DNA from: the human T2T-CHM13v2.0 reference genome, Homo sapiens
Strand: one strand, 5' to 3'
Length of the DNA: 64,000 nt
NCBI RefSeq assembly: GCF_009914755.1
Contig: NC_060941.1
The first letter of the stretch is position 1. Each line of letters opens with the position of its first letter. Under the pieces are notes generated by a model, which had not been told where the DNA came from, did no database searches, and worked only from the letters and a program-made list of their open reading frames with translations. The translations under genes were made by a program, and so were the position numbers. Below are positions 1 through 14,655 of the stretch, piece after piece.

Positions 1-1707
1 ACTCACTGTACAACTTCATGTCAATGAGGCGTGGAGGAGATATTGAAGGTTCCAAAGATGATGCCCTGCTTCTTCTCCCCCAAAAAGCTTGTGAAATTTG
101 ATAATCAAAGAAGTGAAGCCACTTGTCTTGGTACTGGTTCAGTGCAGATGGGCTTTTGCTCCTGGGCACTATGCTTATGCCTTAAGTTTTACAGGTGATT
201 CCTGGGGAAGACTTTGCTGCTTTGCTTCCCTCCAATGTGCTCATCCAAGCCAGGGTGCACCTGCGGGTGCTGTATCTCCCTGTCTCTGCTACCTGCATAC
301 CACCTGCTACTCTCTGTGGAACCCAATGACCTTCAGCCCACTGGGCAATGACAAAGCCTGAGCAGGGAGAGTTTCTTTCTTCTGAGAGAATGAATTGAAA
401 ATGCAGCTCTCATTTGTCCAATATTAACAGGACAATTGCTTCTCCTAGGAGCCGTTGCTTAGACACCTCTCAGGTCTTCCTATCTAATCACTTTATGCCA
501 ACTACTTTGGGTCACCACAGAGAAAATAAAGGGGAGATCCAGTAGCTACTGGATGGAATGGCCCTTCCCAGGCAGCCAGCCCCATGTCAGGATACTGTGT
601 TTGAGGAATAGATGTTGGGTTTCTGCAGCTCCATGAAATACAGATGTATACACACCAGAGTCACAAATACTCCTGAGTGTCTCACCTAAGCATATATGCA
701 TCCAAATTACATTCTCCCCTGATGAATGGTTAATAAAGTTTCAGAACACACCCAGGCCTCCCCCTACCCCAACCCCAGTTTAGGTTGGAGAGACAGCAGA
801 TCCCACAGAAAAAAGAAGGGGAAAATGCCCAGTGGACCAGTTCAAGTGTCTTTCTTCATAAAACTCTCCAGTAGAGGGAAGAATGCAAACTATGCTTCTT
901 AAACCCTGGCCTGCCATGAGGCACAGCAGCAGGCAGATCAGCAAGATGCTCGGATCGTGTGACACGGCCCTGGCACCTGGCTCCATGTGGCACCCTGACA
1001 AATCAAACACCAAACTGCCAGGCCCATTCTCCGCCACCTGCACTGCTGGGAATCCAATGCTCATGTGAAATGCTTGAGTTTGTTTAGCAGTGGGGGAGAG
1101 CAACCCAAGGGTCCCAGCATATCTTATAGTTTAGCCCTCAGAAATAGGTGCTGCCACCAGCCTCATAAGGCATTGCCCTATCAAGGAGTATGATTCAGAT
1201 AATCCAACCAAGGGGCAGAAATGAAGCCCAGGCTCACACTGAGTGATAAGCTCTGTTAGGATGCTTCTGTGCATTTTTTTTTAAATTGGGAAAAAAAGAC
1301 TTTTAAAAACAAGGGCAAGAAATCTGAAGGTAGGTGGTTCCAGGCTGAATTAATTTATCAAATAGCAGCTCAAATGTGTCAGGGCTCTGTATCATGGTTC
1401 CTGAAATTCTCCTCACTTTTCCTAACGGCCGCTGTAGCTCCAAACATCAAATCCTGTATCCAGCGCCTATTGTCTGTTAATAGGTGTGCAAGGATGGGTC
1501 AAACAGATGGGACCCCCGCTTTGGTGCAGCTTACAGTCTACTGTTAGTCCAGAGGCTGCCCTGGAACCCTTCCATCCATCTACAGTGGCTCCAGCTTCTT
1601 TCATTTCTCTTGCATAAAGCAGTTTTGAACAAATCAATCTATACTCATATATTTTTTGACTCAGGGGTAGTTTTAAAGCTGGCACACCCATAATTTCTTT
1701 TCTCTGA

Positions 1708-2061
<354 letters not shown>

Positions 2062-2519
2062 TAAAATATGTCACAAGTAGAAAACAACTGGAGCAGTACC
2101 TGGAACATGGTGAGTGTTCAAAAAAAAGTCTTTCCTGTCCTCATTCTTGATAGTCAAGGTTCCTGGTCACCACGACCACTACCCCTTTCAGAAAAGAGGC
2201 TCTCACCGCTGTGTTCTTAAACAACCTGCTGCCTAGTGACAGGATGGGCTAGGATTTATGGATGCCCTGCTCTCCTCCACCTCAGCTCACCCATGGGCAT
2301 CTGAGCTACATGGCTTGTACTAGGTCCCACTTACAAAATCAATGGCAGGTTAATTTTGTACCAAGCAGAAAGCTGTTCCACAGCTTCAGGAGACACTTTT
2401 TAATTAGTTCAACATCTCACAGATACATGCCCTGGGACATGGGTAGATGGATAAATATATGGATGCGGGTCAAGAAGGAATCTCTCCTTAATTGATCCGT
2501 TCCTATATATCAGTTACCA

Positions 2520-2690
2520 GGCCACATATAATCACATTTCATCTTCCTCCCAACCAAAGGACATATTATTTCTTTCCATTTGCACATGAAGGTTCAGAGA
2601 GATTGAAAGATTTACTTGACACTACATAGCTAGTGGTAAAGCCAAGATTAAACCTGGGTGTCTTGGGCCCTGATCTTTTTTATTTCTACC
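2520..2690 (-). mobile_element. MIR fragment
   Basis: ccatttgcacatgaaggttcagagagattgaaag...acatagctagtggtaaagccaagattaaacctggg resembles antisense MIR core. Confidence 0.6.
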
Positions 2691-3012
2691 ATCTCTGTTG
2701 CATTTATCACAGGGAGCCATGGGCAAGAGACAAGGGCTTAGTGTGAAGCATCCCTGCCACAGTTAGGCAAAAGCCTCAAAGCACCCACTTTAGAGTGGTG
2801 GGAAAAAGAGTTTCGCCTATTCATTCAACAAACACACTTGCCATGTGCTAAGAACTGGAAGAGTTTAGAGGATTCTACAATCAAGACACAGAAGAATTTC
2901 AATCTTTAAGGACCTCACACCTAGGTAGGAGTCAGGTTGGTGGGAGGTAAATGCACAAGTAGTTCATTATTTTAAAAATAATGATAAAAGTAGAAAAAGA
3001 ATCAATGGTGTC

Positions 3013-3015
<3 letters not shown>

Positions 3016-3047
<32 letters not shown>

Positions 3048-3360
3048 AGATGGAGTCTCGCTCTGTCGCCCAGGCTGGACTGCAGTGGTGCAATCTCGGC
3101 TCACTGTGCAAGCTCCGCCTCCCGGGTTCACGCCGTTCTCCTGCCTCAGCCTCTCCAGTAGCTGGGACTACAGGCACCCGCCACCAAGCCCAGCTAATTT
3201 TTTTTCTTTTCTTTTTTTTTTTTTTTTTTTTTTTGTATTTTTAGTAGAGACAGAGTTTCACTCTGTTAGCCAGGATGGTCTGGATCTCCTGACCTCGTGA
3301 TCCACCCACCTTGGACTCCCAAAGTGCTGGGATTACAGGCATGAACCACCGCGCCTGGCC
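3016..3360 (-). mobile_element. AluY with T31 tail and expanded central A-linker
   Basis: AluY diagnostics (caagctccgcctcccgggttcacgcc, ttagccaggatggtc, gacctcgtgatcc); TSD tggtgtctactt at 3006-3017 and 3364-3375. Confidence 0.95.
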
Positions 3361-4169
3361 CTGTGGTGTCTACTTCTGAAATGAAAAATATAGCAGGTTT
3401 CTTTTTGCATTTTTGGTAAGAGAAGGACCTTTCCAAGCGAAAGGTATTGTTATGGAACTGTTAAATCTACATAAATAGCAACAGAGTCCGATGAAAGAAA
3501 GAAGTACTGATTTGATACTGTTTGTTGCTGTGCAGGAATAACATTCCCTCCTGATTTTCACACATTCTGCCAAATGGGAAAATTCCCCTCCACCTCCCTG
3601 CATCAAATCTAAATGCCAAAGCTCCAGGGGGCACGCAACAGGGAGGCCCATGCTGATCGGGCTCTGCTGTAATAGGTTACATGCAAGAAAAGCAGCCAAG
3701 GGGAAGGAAGAGGGAGATGAAGTGACAAACTGAGGCCAGCACTTTGATGGTGTCATTTTGGGCAAGTCATTGACACTCTTCTTGTCGAAGTTTCCACTTC
3801 TCTGTATACTGAAAATAACTCACTTTGCCGCTTCACTGTTAAAACAAGCCGAGTTCCACCAGTTCAGGCCTAGCATAACTTGGTAATAAAACAAAGAGGA
3901 ACAGACCCTCCCTGCCCTTCATCTTCTTTGCCTAGGAGACCGTGTTTATCAAGAATTCTACCTTGAGAGTTGGGTTAGTCTTCATCCCTAAAACAAGTGT
4001 TATCTCTGAGCTCTTGGGTTCTTCCGTCTCACACTTGCTGCCTCATGGGTTCTTTCGAAGCCAACCTCTGCAACCATCCTAGAAGGGGTCAATGTCCAAT
4101 GAACACTAAGACTTTCTGGTTCCTTGACCATTATTTGAATGCTTTTCGCTGTCTATATTCTTCCCAACT

Positions 4170-6780
4170 CACTCTCACGGCATGTCTTGGATTTTTCATC
4201 ACCCAAAATAGTCCTACCTCTGACCTTTTAAAATCTGAGGTCTCTGACTCAATGTCCTATCTTTCCAGCATTTTCTCTATGCCCATTCTCTCACCTCATT
4301 ATCATCTCCACACTCTAGACCCCTCCCTTTTGTTTAAATTTGCCACCTCACTCCTAGTGCCATTTTCTTCCCAACCCAGCCCATTTGACCATGGTCATTC
4401 TTATGCCAATAACTCTAACAGTGCTTCCCATCATTCCACTTCTAACCGCACTTATGGACCAAGCCAACAAAAGGTCTGCTTCCCTCCCATATGAGAGTGG
4501 CTGCATACCACTAGTCTGCTCACAGACCCCTACACATGGGCAGGGTACGGAGTGTCAAGAGCCAGTTTCAGACAAACCTCTCACAGTGCTCAGCAATCCT
4601 ACAATTTTCTAATCAGCTCCATCCTTCATTCTTCTCAGTGGCAATGCCAGAATTTTAAGCGTCTTCTGCCATCATTCCTGATACAGATGATCTTGTTTTC
4701 TATTTCACTGAAAAAAAAAAAATAGAGGCAATCAGATGTAAACGTCCTCACTTAGTGCCCAACCCTACCTGCAGTCTTGCCTTTTCCCCCAGGTCTCTAA
4801 CACAAATTGTACCTTCACTTGTATCCAAGATTAATCCATGCAGTCTTGCCCATTTCTTCCAAAACATCCTGAATACGATTGACCCCAATATGTCTTGCAT
4901 GTTTTTCTCTTTCTCCATTGGCTTCTTTCTCTCATTCTATTAACACCCTCAAGTGTTTTCTACCTTAAGAGTCTATTAACTTTCCATGTCCTGTAAATAA
5001 TATTCTCTTTCTCTCTTCATTCACACTACCTTATTTCTCTTAAGTGTAACCTACATTTAAGGTATCTTGTTTGTTTGTTTGCTTGCTTTTGAAACAGGGT
5101 CTCACTCTGTTGCACAGGCTGGAGTGCAGTGGCACAATCTCACTACAGACTCAACTTCCTGGGCTCAAGTGATCCTCCCACCTCAGCCTCCTGAGTAGCT
5201 GAGACTACAGGTGCACGCCAACATACCCAGCTAATTTTTTATTTTTTGTAGAGACGGGGTTTCACCATGTTGGCCAGCATGGTCTTGAACTCCTGAGCTC
5301 AAGGTAACCACCCACCTTGGGTTCCCAAAGTGCTGGGATTAAAGGTGTGAGCCACTGCACCCAGCAAGCCATCTTCTTTCTCATCTCTCAATGATCCTTC
5401 AGCTCACTGGATTTGTTTCCTCCTTCTCTGTCCTAACACAGCTCTCACCAAGTCACACATGACCTACTAGTTCCCAAACATAAGGGTGTTTTTCAATCGT
5501 CTTATTTGTTCTATGTTTACCCTATTACCTACAATATCCTTCTTTAAATGTTCTTCTAATTCCATTTCAGACACTCTCCATTGTTTCAAATCCTCTTGCT
5601 TCTCCTCTGATTGCTCCTCCTTTCATGAACTTCTCTTTCTCTATCCATCTCTCGAATCTTGGTGTTTCCGAAAGCTCTGTTTTCTAACCACTCTACATTA
5701 TTTCCCATGGGCATCTCAGTCATGTAGACGCTTTAACCTCCATCCACACATCCACATGCTAATGACTTCTCAGTGACAGGCATATCCCAGACTACTCTCG
5801 TGGGTTCCATACTCATAGACCCAGCTACCTGCTAAACATTTTCACGTGGACCTCACATGGGCATCGCAGACTTAGCATGTCAAAACTTCTAAACATTTTA
5901 CTCTTCCCAGCTGCTTGCTTTCTTGATCTCCCTGTCTCTGAGACTAGAACCACCAATAGCCTTTTGCCCAAGTCAGAAAACCAAGAGCCACCCCAAATGC
6001 TCCCCTTCCTTACACTCACATATAATTAAAAATTGTCTAGTTGACCTCACCTTCCCAAATCTCTGAAGTTAATTGCCCCCTCTCCATCACCATTGCATAA
6101 CACTGCTCTCAGTTTCCTAGCTCAGAATTTTGCAAATGCTCCCAACTGGTCTTCCTGGCTCCAGTCTAAGTCCCCTACCATGCGTCCCCTGCATGACACC
6201 AAAGTCATCTTTCTAACATGTAAATACGGTCATCCCATTGCCATGTACTTAAGATTTTTTTTGGCTCCTTACTGCTGATAGGATAAAAAGCACCCTGCTT
6301 TGCATGGCATATAAGACTGTTTGTGATCTGGCACCTTCATTCCTATGTAGCCTCATTTCTCATCATGGTTTCTGTTGCCTCTGACACTTCATATCTATAA
6401 TTACTCACCATCCTGGAATAGCCTGTGTTCTGACAACCTCAGTGCCTTAATATGTGGCTTTTCATCTATCTGACATAGCTTATCTCTCACTCCCACTTCC
6501 CTCCCCATGTCCCCTTGCCTATCTTGGGAGTCTCAGCTCAAGCATCTCACCTCCTGAGAAATCTCTCATGACCACACTGGAAAATTTTGGAGCTCCTCAT
6601 CTTTCTGTCTTCATCTATCACTAGGCATCAAACAAAACTCCATTAAAGGGTGTTCATCTTCCCCTCTCTTTTCTCCAAGGGAGGAACCTACTTTCTTTCA
6701 CTTTGTCTTCCAAGGGTCTAGACTCAGGTATAGTGAGTGCTCATAAAATTATGTTGAATGAATGCATGAATAAATGAAAT
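4170..6780 (+). mobile_element. L2 (LINE2) long degraded fragment, interrupted by AluJ
   Basis: Pyrimidine-rich L2-type body ending in the L2 3' motif gagtgctcataaaattatgttgaatgaatgcatgaataaatg; 5' edge uncertain. Confidence 0.7.
5066..5365 (-). mobile_element. AluJ (Jb/Jo-like)
   Basis: gaaacagggtctcactctg...cctgggctcaagtgatcctcccacctcagcc is the AluJ right-arm signature. Confidence 0.93.
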
Positions 6781-6808
6781 AAAAGAAGAAACACCACTCC
6801 TAGTCTTT

Positions 6809-7095
6809 TATTATGTTGTTTTTTGAGACAAGGTCTCACTCTGTTGTCCAGGCTGGAGTACAGTGGTTTGTGATCACAGCTCACTGCATCCTCAATGCAG
6901 TGAGTTGAGTAGCTGGGACCTCAACCTCCCAAGCAGCTGGAACTACAGGTGTGTGCTGCTATGCCCAAATAGTATTTTTATTTTTTGTAGAGATGGGGTC
7001 TTGCCATGTTGTCCAGGTTGTTCTCAAACTCCTGGGCTTCAGGGATCCTCCTGCATCAGCCTCCCAAAGTACTGGGGATTACAGCCACCATGGCC
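6809..7095 (-). mobile_element. AluJ with internal rearrangement
   Basis: gagacaaggtctcactctg...gatcacagctcactgca; gtagagatggggtcttgcc; TSD actcctagtcttt / actcctaatcttt (6796 and 7096). Confidence 0.9.
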
Positions 7096-7264
7096 ACTCC
7101 TAATCTTTAATCTTAAGCATTCATCACTTAAAACAAATGTACCAGTAGAAGGAAAGGAAAAGGAACAACATCAATAAATGCAACCAGGTCCAAATACAAG
7201 GGTTTTTATCTAGGAAAATTATTTTACATATTGAATTACATAACTAACATGGATGTCTGTAAGT

Positions 7265-7309
7265 ATTACTTTTAATGGCAAAAACCACAATTATTTTGCA
7301 CCAACCTAA
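7265..7309. mobile_element. MADE1 (mariner-derived MITE), half element
   Basis: attacttttaatggcaaaaaccacaattattttgcaccaacctaa followed by TA matches one arm of the MADE1 palindrome. Confidence 0.85.
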
Positions 7310-8459
7310 TAGAAGACCATTGACTATACATGAGTTCCTATTAGAGTGCAGGATTGCTGATATCAAATCATCCTCCACATCCACGTTCTAGAAGCATTCA
7401 CTGTGTACTAAGCCTCCTAGACCTCTGACCCCATTCTCCCACCACCCAAGGAATGAAGGCCTCTCCCTTGAGCATCTGGCCACTGGACTGCGGTTCCTGG
7501 AGCAGATGCGTCTATACCCCAGAGAGCAGACAAGCCACTTGTGCCTTTAGTTTCCGCTCCACGGACCCTTTCCACCATGACTTCATATTTCCTACCACTG
7601 ATGCTCTCTGTTGGTCTTGGCAAGAATCAGCAAATGCCTCAGTCCACTGTAGATGGGAGTTGGGGGCCAGGGCGACCCATTCAGCCCCTCCTGCCCACAG
7701 CTTCTTGGGTATGTGACTTAGCAACAAGCCAAGCCTGGGCTGGGGAGACAAGAGCACACACAAGCAACCAGCCAGGGAGGGCTGCTCCCTGACTCCAGTC
7801 TAGTTTTCCAGCTTCTGAGACACATTGCTTTCTTTGGGCCTCCAGAGAAGCACATGGGAACAAATCCAGGTTGAAGAGGATGATGAGCGAGAAATGGCTT
7901 CAAGAAAAAATTTTTATCATGCTGCTGCTTATTATTGAGCAAGAGTTCCCAAAATGTTTTAACCATGTAATAGAATTTGGGGCGGTTTGCAGTTAAGGAA
8001 CACTGTAATGGATGACTTCATGGACAGCATCTTCCCACAATCTACCCCTCTTCACACTCCTCCTATCACTCCCCACTTTCCCATGCCCACCAAGGCATCC
8101 TAGCATTCAAAAATATAGGATCTGGCTTCTTCCATTCCCTTCTTGAGATGTGTATCAAACTATTGTGTGAGGATAGCCAGACAAGTGCTACCTTCTTGGA
8201 GAATTCTTTCAAATGATCAGACTTGAAACTAGATTTTTCATCTTTCCCCAAACTCAACAGTGCATATTTATGTACTATGCAAACTGACACAGACCTACTG
8301 ATACAGATCCTAAAAAAATGTCAAGCCAGGACTGAGAGCACGTTCCCTGCTTTTTCCTATGCTCTTAAGCAAATATCACCATGTGTTGTTGGTAAGTAGG
8401 CAAACAGCAGCAAATTTTATTATGACCTCTGAAGACTGTTCAGCAAAATAAAATCCTAA

Positions 8460-8580
8460 AAGCTAATTTATTGAATATTGACAATATATCAGGCACTGTA
8501 TTAGGCACTTTACATGAGTTGTGTCATTTAACGCTCACAGTGGATCTTTGCATTTGTTGATAAGGAAACTAAGAGAGAAA
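8460..8580 (-). mobile_element. MIR fragment
   Basis: atttattgaatattgac...caggcactgtattaggcactttacatg...tcatttaa...gataaggaaactaagag. Confidence 0.7.
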
Positions 8581-9704
8581 AGGAAACTTGTCCACTCTGC
8601 CTTCGACTATCCCCAAGCTCACCCCAAAGAAGGGAAGCATGGACCTCCCAAAACTTTTCCCAGCAGTGGCCTTGAGTGCTCTTCACTTCTTCTGAACCAG
8701 GTCCCCTCCCAATCATTACCCAGCTGCAAACTCATCCACAGTGTCTTCCGGTTCCTATCCTACCTCTGGATCTTTAGATATGACCTCCCCAGAGCTTGAT
8801 CCATGACTCTCCTTAAGAACCTCTGACTTGCCTTTGCTCCAAGGCTCTTCCACCCAGCTCCAGAGTCCTCAAAACCAATTTCTTACCCAGATGGAGGGAT
8901 TGATTTGGCCACTACAACAAAGGGCTCCTGGGAAGAATTTCAGCCAACATATCAGGAATGTCACAATCACCTCCCTACAGTCAGCACCGCCAACACTGAG
9001 TGGTGTCAAACAAAGAAGGAGGGACAGAAAGGAAACCCTGAGAGGGGTAGAGACATGCATGCCACAGTGTCCAAGCAAAGCCACCATGTGGCCCATTTAT
9101 GTTGCATCAACCCTGATTTTGGTCCCTCTTCTAATCCTTCAAAGAATGGGGTAATACCCTGACAAGGAAGATGGTTCCCTCCTACCCAGAGTTTCTGGGA
9201 GCATTAGCTCATCAGAACCTCCTTGCACCCTGCCGCAAGATGAGCTTGCACAGGATGAGCTAAGGGGAAGGAGTGGCTGAATCAGAAGCTTATGCCAGAC
9301 CATCTCACCGGTTTGAACAGATCTCCCTCTTGCTGCTTAGATGGTAGATCTTAAGAAAAATAGCCTCCACTGATATGGCTGCGGCTTTCTCTGAGCTTGC
9401 CTTTTAATCCTGGGCCTTTCCCTCATCCTACCGTCTTCCTCCCCCAACCCATTCTCTTAGGCTGTTCTCCCTCTCCCAGTCCTGTTCACTAGTCCTTGTC
9501 CCCTCGAGCAGACAAAGGGTTAAAACATTTCCGGGACTGGAGAAGGCAAGCCACAGAGATGCAGGTGCTAACAGGGAAAGTGTGGGTTGGAATCTAGAAT
9601 GATCTGTCACAGTTCCAAGAGCTTCTTTGGATAAGGAGTGATCACAGCTTTTGCTAAATGTCTCTAGGTGAAAATTCCATAAATCTAGAAACTGTGAAAC
9701 TCAA

Positions 9705-9790
9705 TGGAAATTTAATTAAATGAGTTAATATATAGAGAGTGCTTGGGACAATGCCTGGCACGTAGTGAGCTATATCAACACTTAGAAATG
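9705..9790 (+). mobile_element. MIR 3' fragment
   Basis: attaaatgagttaatatatagagagtgcttgggacaatgcctggcacgtagtgagc. Confidence 0.75.
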
Positions 9791-11437
9791 AGTAATAGTT
9801 TGGGGAAATACACATTTCAACATCATAGCATTCTATAGGTTCCAGAATCTTTACAAATGCTGATCTGACCTTGGATCTCTGCATTCTAAGTCACTACTCT
9901 CTTTGCCACCAGTCCTAAGATTTTCTCTTTCCTCCATCTCATTTCAGTCTTCCTCCTCTCTCTACCTAAGAATCTGAGAGTTTGTGTACATAGCTAAAGA
10001 TTCCTCTCTTTGGTTCTCAGCACCATGCCTTAGTCTGAAATCCAGTAAAAACCCTGATTTCCCTAAACCTTGTGTTGGTGTGGCTTATGTGGTATCTTTC
10101 CTATCTCCTTGGCAGTGATTGCATTGGCTTCATAATAATAACCATTTAGAATCAAGCTGTAATTATAGGAAGGCACTGGAAAGCCCTTGCAAGAATAAGC
10201 TTTCCTCTCCCAGACACACTGGCAAGGGTTCTGGTTGGATTTTTCAGCTAAGATTCTCTCTGGAAATCTCATGGAAAAAAGGTTAGAATTATGGAGGGAG
10301 GTGAGACCCCAGTGGTCTTAACTTCAGGACCATCCCCTCATGTGCCCATTGCTGTTTGATGCTGCCAGCAAAAAATGCAGAAGTCTTCACTCCCAACAGA
10401 GTAAATGATACTTAGTGTCCTTCAAAATTACAACTCAAAGAGGATCCAGGGAAAAGAAGCAAGTATGCTTTTCTCTTTTCTAAGGCTTCAAGGGGGAAGG
10501 GAGGAATATGGCTGAGAGAGAAAGAAAGTGCCTCCACCTAAGTGTGCAAGACCCCAACAGGCAGCCGACCTCCCAGCTTTACCGATTGCTCCAGGATCAG
10601 GCCCAGTCCTGGCTGCACTGAGCTGTGGCTGACATTCTTCCCAAGCCCCTCATGTTTGCCAGGAGAGGGGAGTGACAGACGCCGCTCTCCTGAGACATGA
10701 TGAAAGATATGAGTCAGAAGAAGTGGGAGGAAAATTGGCATTAGGTTCAGGGCCCAGAATGTCAGCAACTGAATGAGGCTGAAGGAAGAGGAAGGGGAGC
10801 TTTAAGGGAAAAAATATGACCATCTCCAGCTTCTTTCTTCCTACTGAGATATTTCCAAAATATGCCAGATACAGAGTGGTCAAATCCAGGGCCACTCTGA
10901 GAACCAAAGAGCCCTCTACCGATGTGGTTTGAGCTTCCTCTGTGCCAGGTTCTGTTCTGGAAGCTGAGCTGAAAAATGGGCCAGGGTAGGTGGTGTGGGG
11001 ATGACGAGGCAAGGGTGATGACCTGTTTTTGATGTGGTCACACCATATGCTATCAGAGTTGCAGGAACTCTCAGGAACGGCTAGTTTGCAGATAAGCAAG
11101 CCAGGACTCAGAGAGGGCACAGGATTTGTCTAAGGCACACAGATACAGCTCCCTGGTTGGCTGACAAGACGTTGGTTTGTTTGACTTTCAGAACAATGTG
11201 CAAGGGCAGTGCAGAAGATCTGGTGCACGAACCCAGCAGAGACCAACTCTCAAGTAGGGATGCTGACAAGTTGTCACCTGTGGGCCATGCGATGGACGCA
11301 GAAGTGGCCATCGTGACAATCTCAGTACACCTACCTTACTGTCTTGTTCCACTTAGGGTCTAGGATCTGTGATTAACAAGCCTTCATTCCTAAAATATCA
11401 AAGAAATCCAAGCAATTGTGAAAACACACATCTGTGA

Positions 11438-11749
<312 letters not shown>

Positions 11750-12064
11750 GGAAAGTTTTTAAGTCACGTATTATGAGGCTTGTGGCTCTTTCAGTTCCTT
11801 TTCAGTGAAAGGGAAAGGGACTCACGTCTGATTTAAGTACTATATCATCTACCTAAGTGACTTAATTAAAACAAACAAGGAATACCTATCGTAGCAGGAA
11901 TTCTGCTCAATTCAGTCAGTGTTTACCTGATTTGTTAATTTCACAAAAAGAGATGTCTTCTCCCTGACATTTCTTTTTGTCAGTTTCACTTTTTCACAAG
12001 TTTCTGCTTTCTGTTTAATTTTGTGGGAATAAAAGAACACCAGCAAGCAGCCCCAATCCTAGGA

Positions 12065-12255
12065 GAGTGTTCTCTAAGTGTGGCATACAGAGTTCCAGAA
12101 CCACAGTCCCTGAGTGTTTGGGTTTAAAGATGCACATTCTCCGGCCCTACCCTTGGTCCACGAATTCAGAACCTCTGAGGGCAGAGTCGGGGAATCTGCA
12201 TTTTAACAAGTTCCCCCGTGTAATTATCGCACGCTGCAGTTTGATTTTTAAAACG
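12065..12255. mobile_element. MER5 (hAT-Charlie MITE)
   Basis: gtgttctctaagtgtgg...aaagatgcacattctccggccctaccc...gggaatctgcattttaacaagttcccc. Confidence 0.8.
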
Positions 12256-12469
12256 CCTCTTCTGTGCCTGTAGCAGAAAAAAAACCTCTGGGGAAAAAAA
12301 AAATTATGCCAGCAACACGACTGTGCCCTCAAAGTTTATAATTTAAGCTGGATAGAACCAGACACAAACAATGATACAGACAACAGGTCAAGGGCAGGGA
12401 ATGGGGAGTCGACACTTCCCCTTTCAGAACAATCATCAGCTCTGAAAACATGTGTCCGTTGTTGCTTTT

Positions 12470-12595
12470 CCCTCCTAGACTGTGAGCTCCCTGGTGACAA
12501 GTGTCAGACTTATTCATGACAGTCTCCCCAGCACCTTGCCCAGTACTGTTTCCTGGCACAGAGTACATATTTAATACATTTGTGCTGAACAGGTG
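12470..12595 (+). mobile_element. L2 3' end
   Basis: ctagactgtgagctccctg...ccccagcaccttgcccagt...cctggcacagagtac...aatacatttgtgctgaa. Confidence 0.75.
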
Positions 12596-13234
12596 AATTA
12601 GGCTTGTCCCAGGGAAGACACAAGGAAAGACCCAAGCAAAGATTTCCCAAATCGTGCCCAAATTCTTTATTCCTCCGCTACATTTCAATGCACAGATTTC
12701 CCCATGGACCACACGCCAAACACTCCAGGCTGGGAAACTGCAGGGCAAAACTCCTATGAGGCTTGGACACTGCCCGTAGGCTGCCAGGGAGAAAAGGAAT
12801 CCCAGAGAATGTTTTTTTGTTTTTTTGGTTGTTTTCACCTTATGGAAACCAGGAACAGTCTGTTTTCAAAAGTCACAGCTCTCGAGAGCCCTGCTTGATT
12901 GGGGTGGTGGCACTAGCATTGCTCAGTCTCCAGGATACCAAAGCTAAGCAGCTAAACAGACACCAGGGTCTCAGAGAAGGAGGAACTCAGAGGAAAATGC
13001 ATGCGTCTGTTGGGGACGGGCCTCCCATGCCCTTGGGGACAGAGTGAGTGAAATAACTAACACTTGGGAGCCTGCAGAGATCTGTGGCCCCCAACGTTAG
13101 CCCCAAATTTCAGAGTATTCTAAATACCATCCTTTAAAACACATTTCTTTGGTATATTTCCTATTCTTTTAAGTTGAAAATGCTCCTGGAATTGTTTTAA
13201 CCCTGATTCATGCTAGGATATAAATTACTTAAAC

Positions 13235-13973
<739 letters not shown>

Positions 13974-14469
13974 CTTACCCAGTCTTTTTCCTGGAGACAG
14001 AAGTTAGACAGAGAAAGGCTTGAGGAGAAACAGATCCTGAATGTCAGAAAAGGGCACTGACAGAAAAATCTCAGCAGCCCCCAGGGAGACAGGGAGAGGG
14101 ATGCACACTTACCACAGTGCCCAGGGTGGGGTTCAGAGCCTGGCCCTTGACCTGTCTTCATATGGCTATTGCAATGGGGACACCACCATTTCCTTCTGCA
14201 CCTGACCTTCATCTCTCAGGTGAAATGAGCAAGCTGGCCCTCTGCACCTGCAGAAGGTGGCTTTGCAGAATTGGGAGGTCTGTTTACTGATTCCATTTCC
14301 CAGAGCACTCAGTCCCCCTAATAACCTTTTGCCAGATTTAACTCCCTCCAAAGCCTACCGTGCCACGAATGCTGCCTTTGCTCTTGAATTGCCTTGAAAA
14401 TATTTTCTAGTTGTGATGAGGGTAATCTGTCACCTTTGGTATAGTCTAAGTTCTTTTGGTGTCAGCTGA

Positions 14470-14655
14470 CCTGAGATCTAGTACCTGTTCTATCACATAC
14501 CACCCATATGGCCTGGAGCAAATTGTTACTTCACCTCTCTGTGCCTCAGTTTCCTCATCTGTAGGTGGAGATAATGGTAACTCACAGGGTTATTGCAATG
14601 ATTAGATAACAGCATTTGTAAAACGTGTGCATTTAACAAATGGTGGTTATTATTA
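14470..14655 (+). mobile_element. MIR
   Basis: MIR core ttacttcacctctctgtgcctcagtttcctcatctgta. Confidence 0.85.

Noticed and set aside
1310-1460. Possible ancient MLT1-type LTR fragment
   Set aside because: Too degraded to assign or delimit by eye.
7265-7309. Possible miR-548 family hairpin
   Set aside because: Only one arm of MADE1 is present, so no pre-miRNA hairpin can form.
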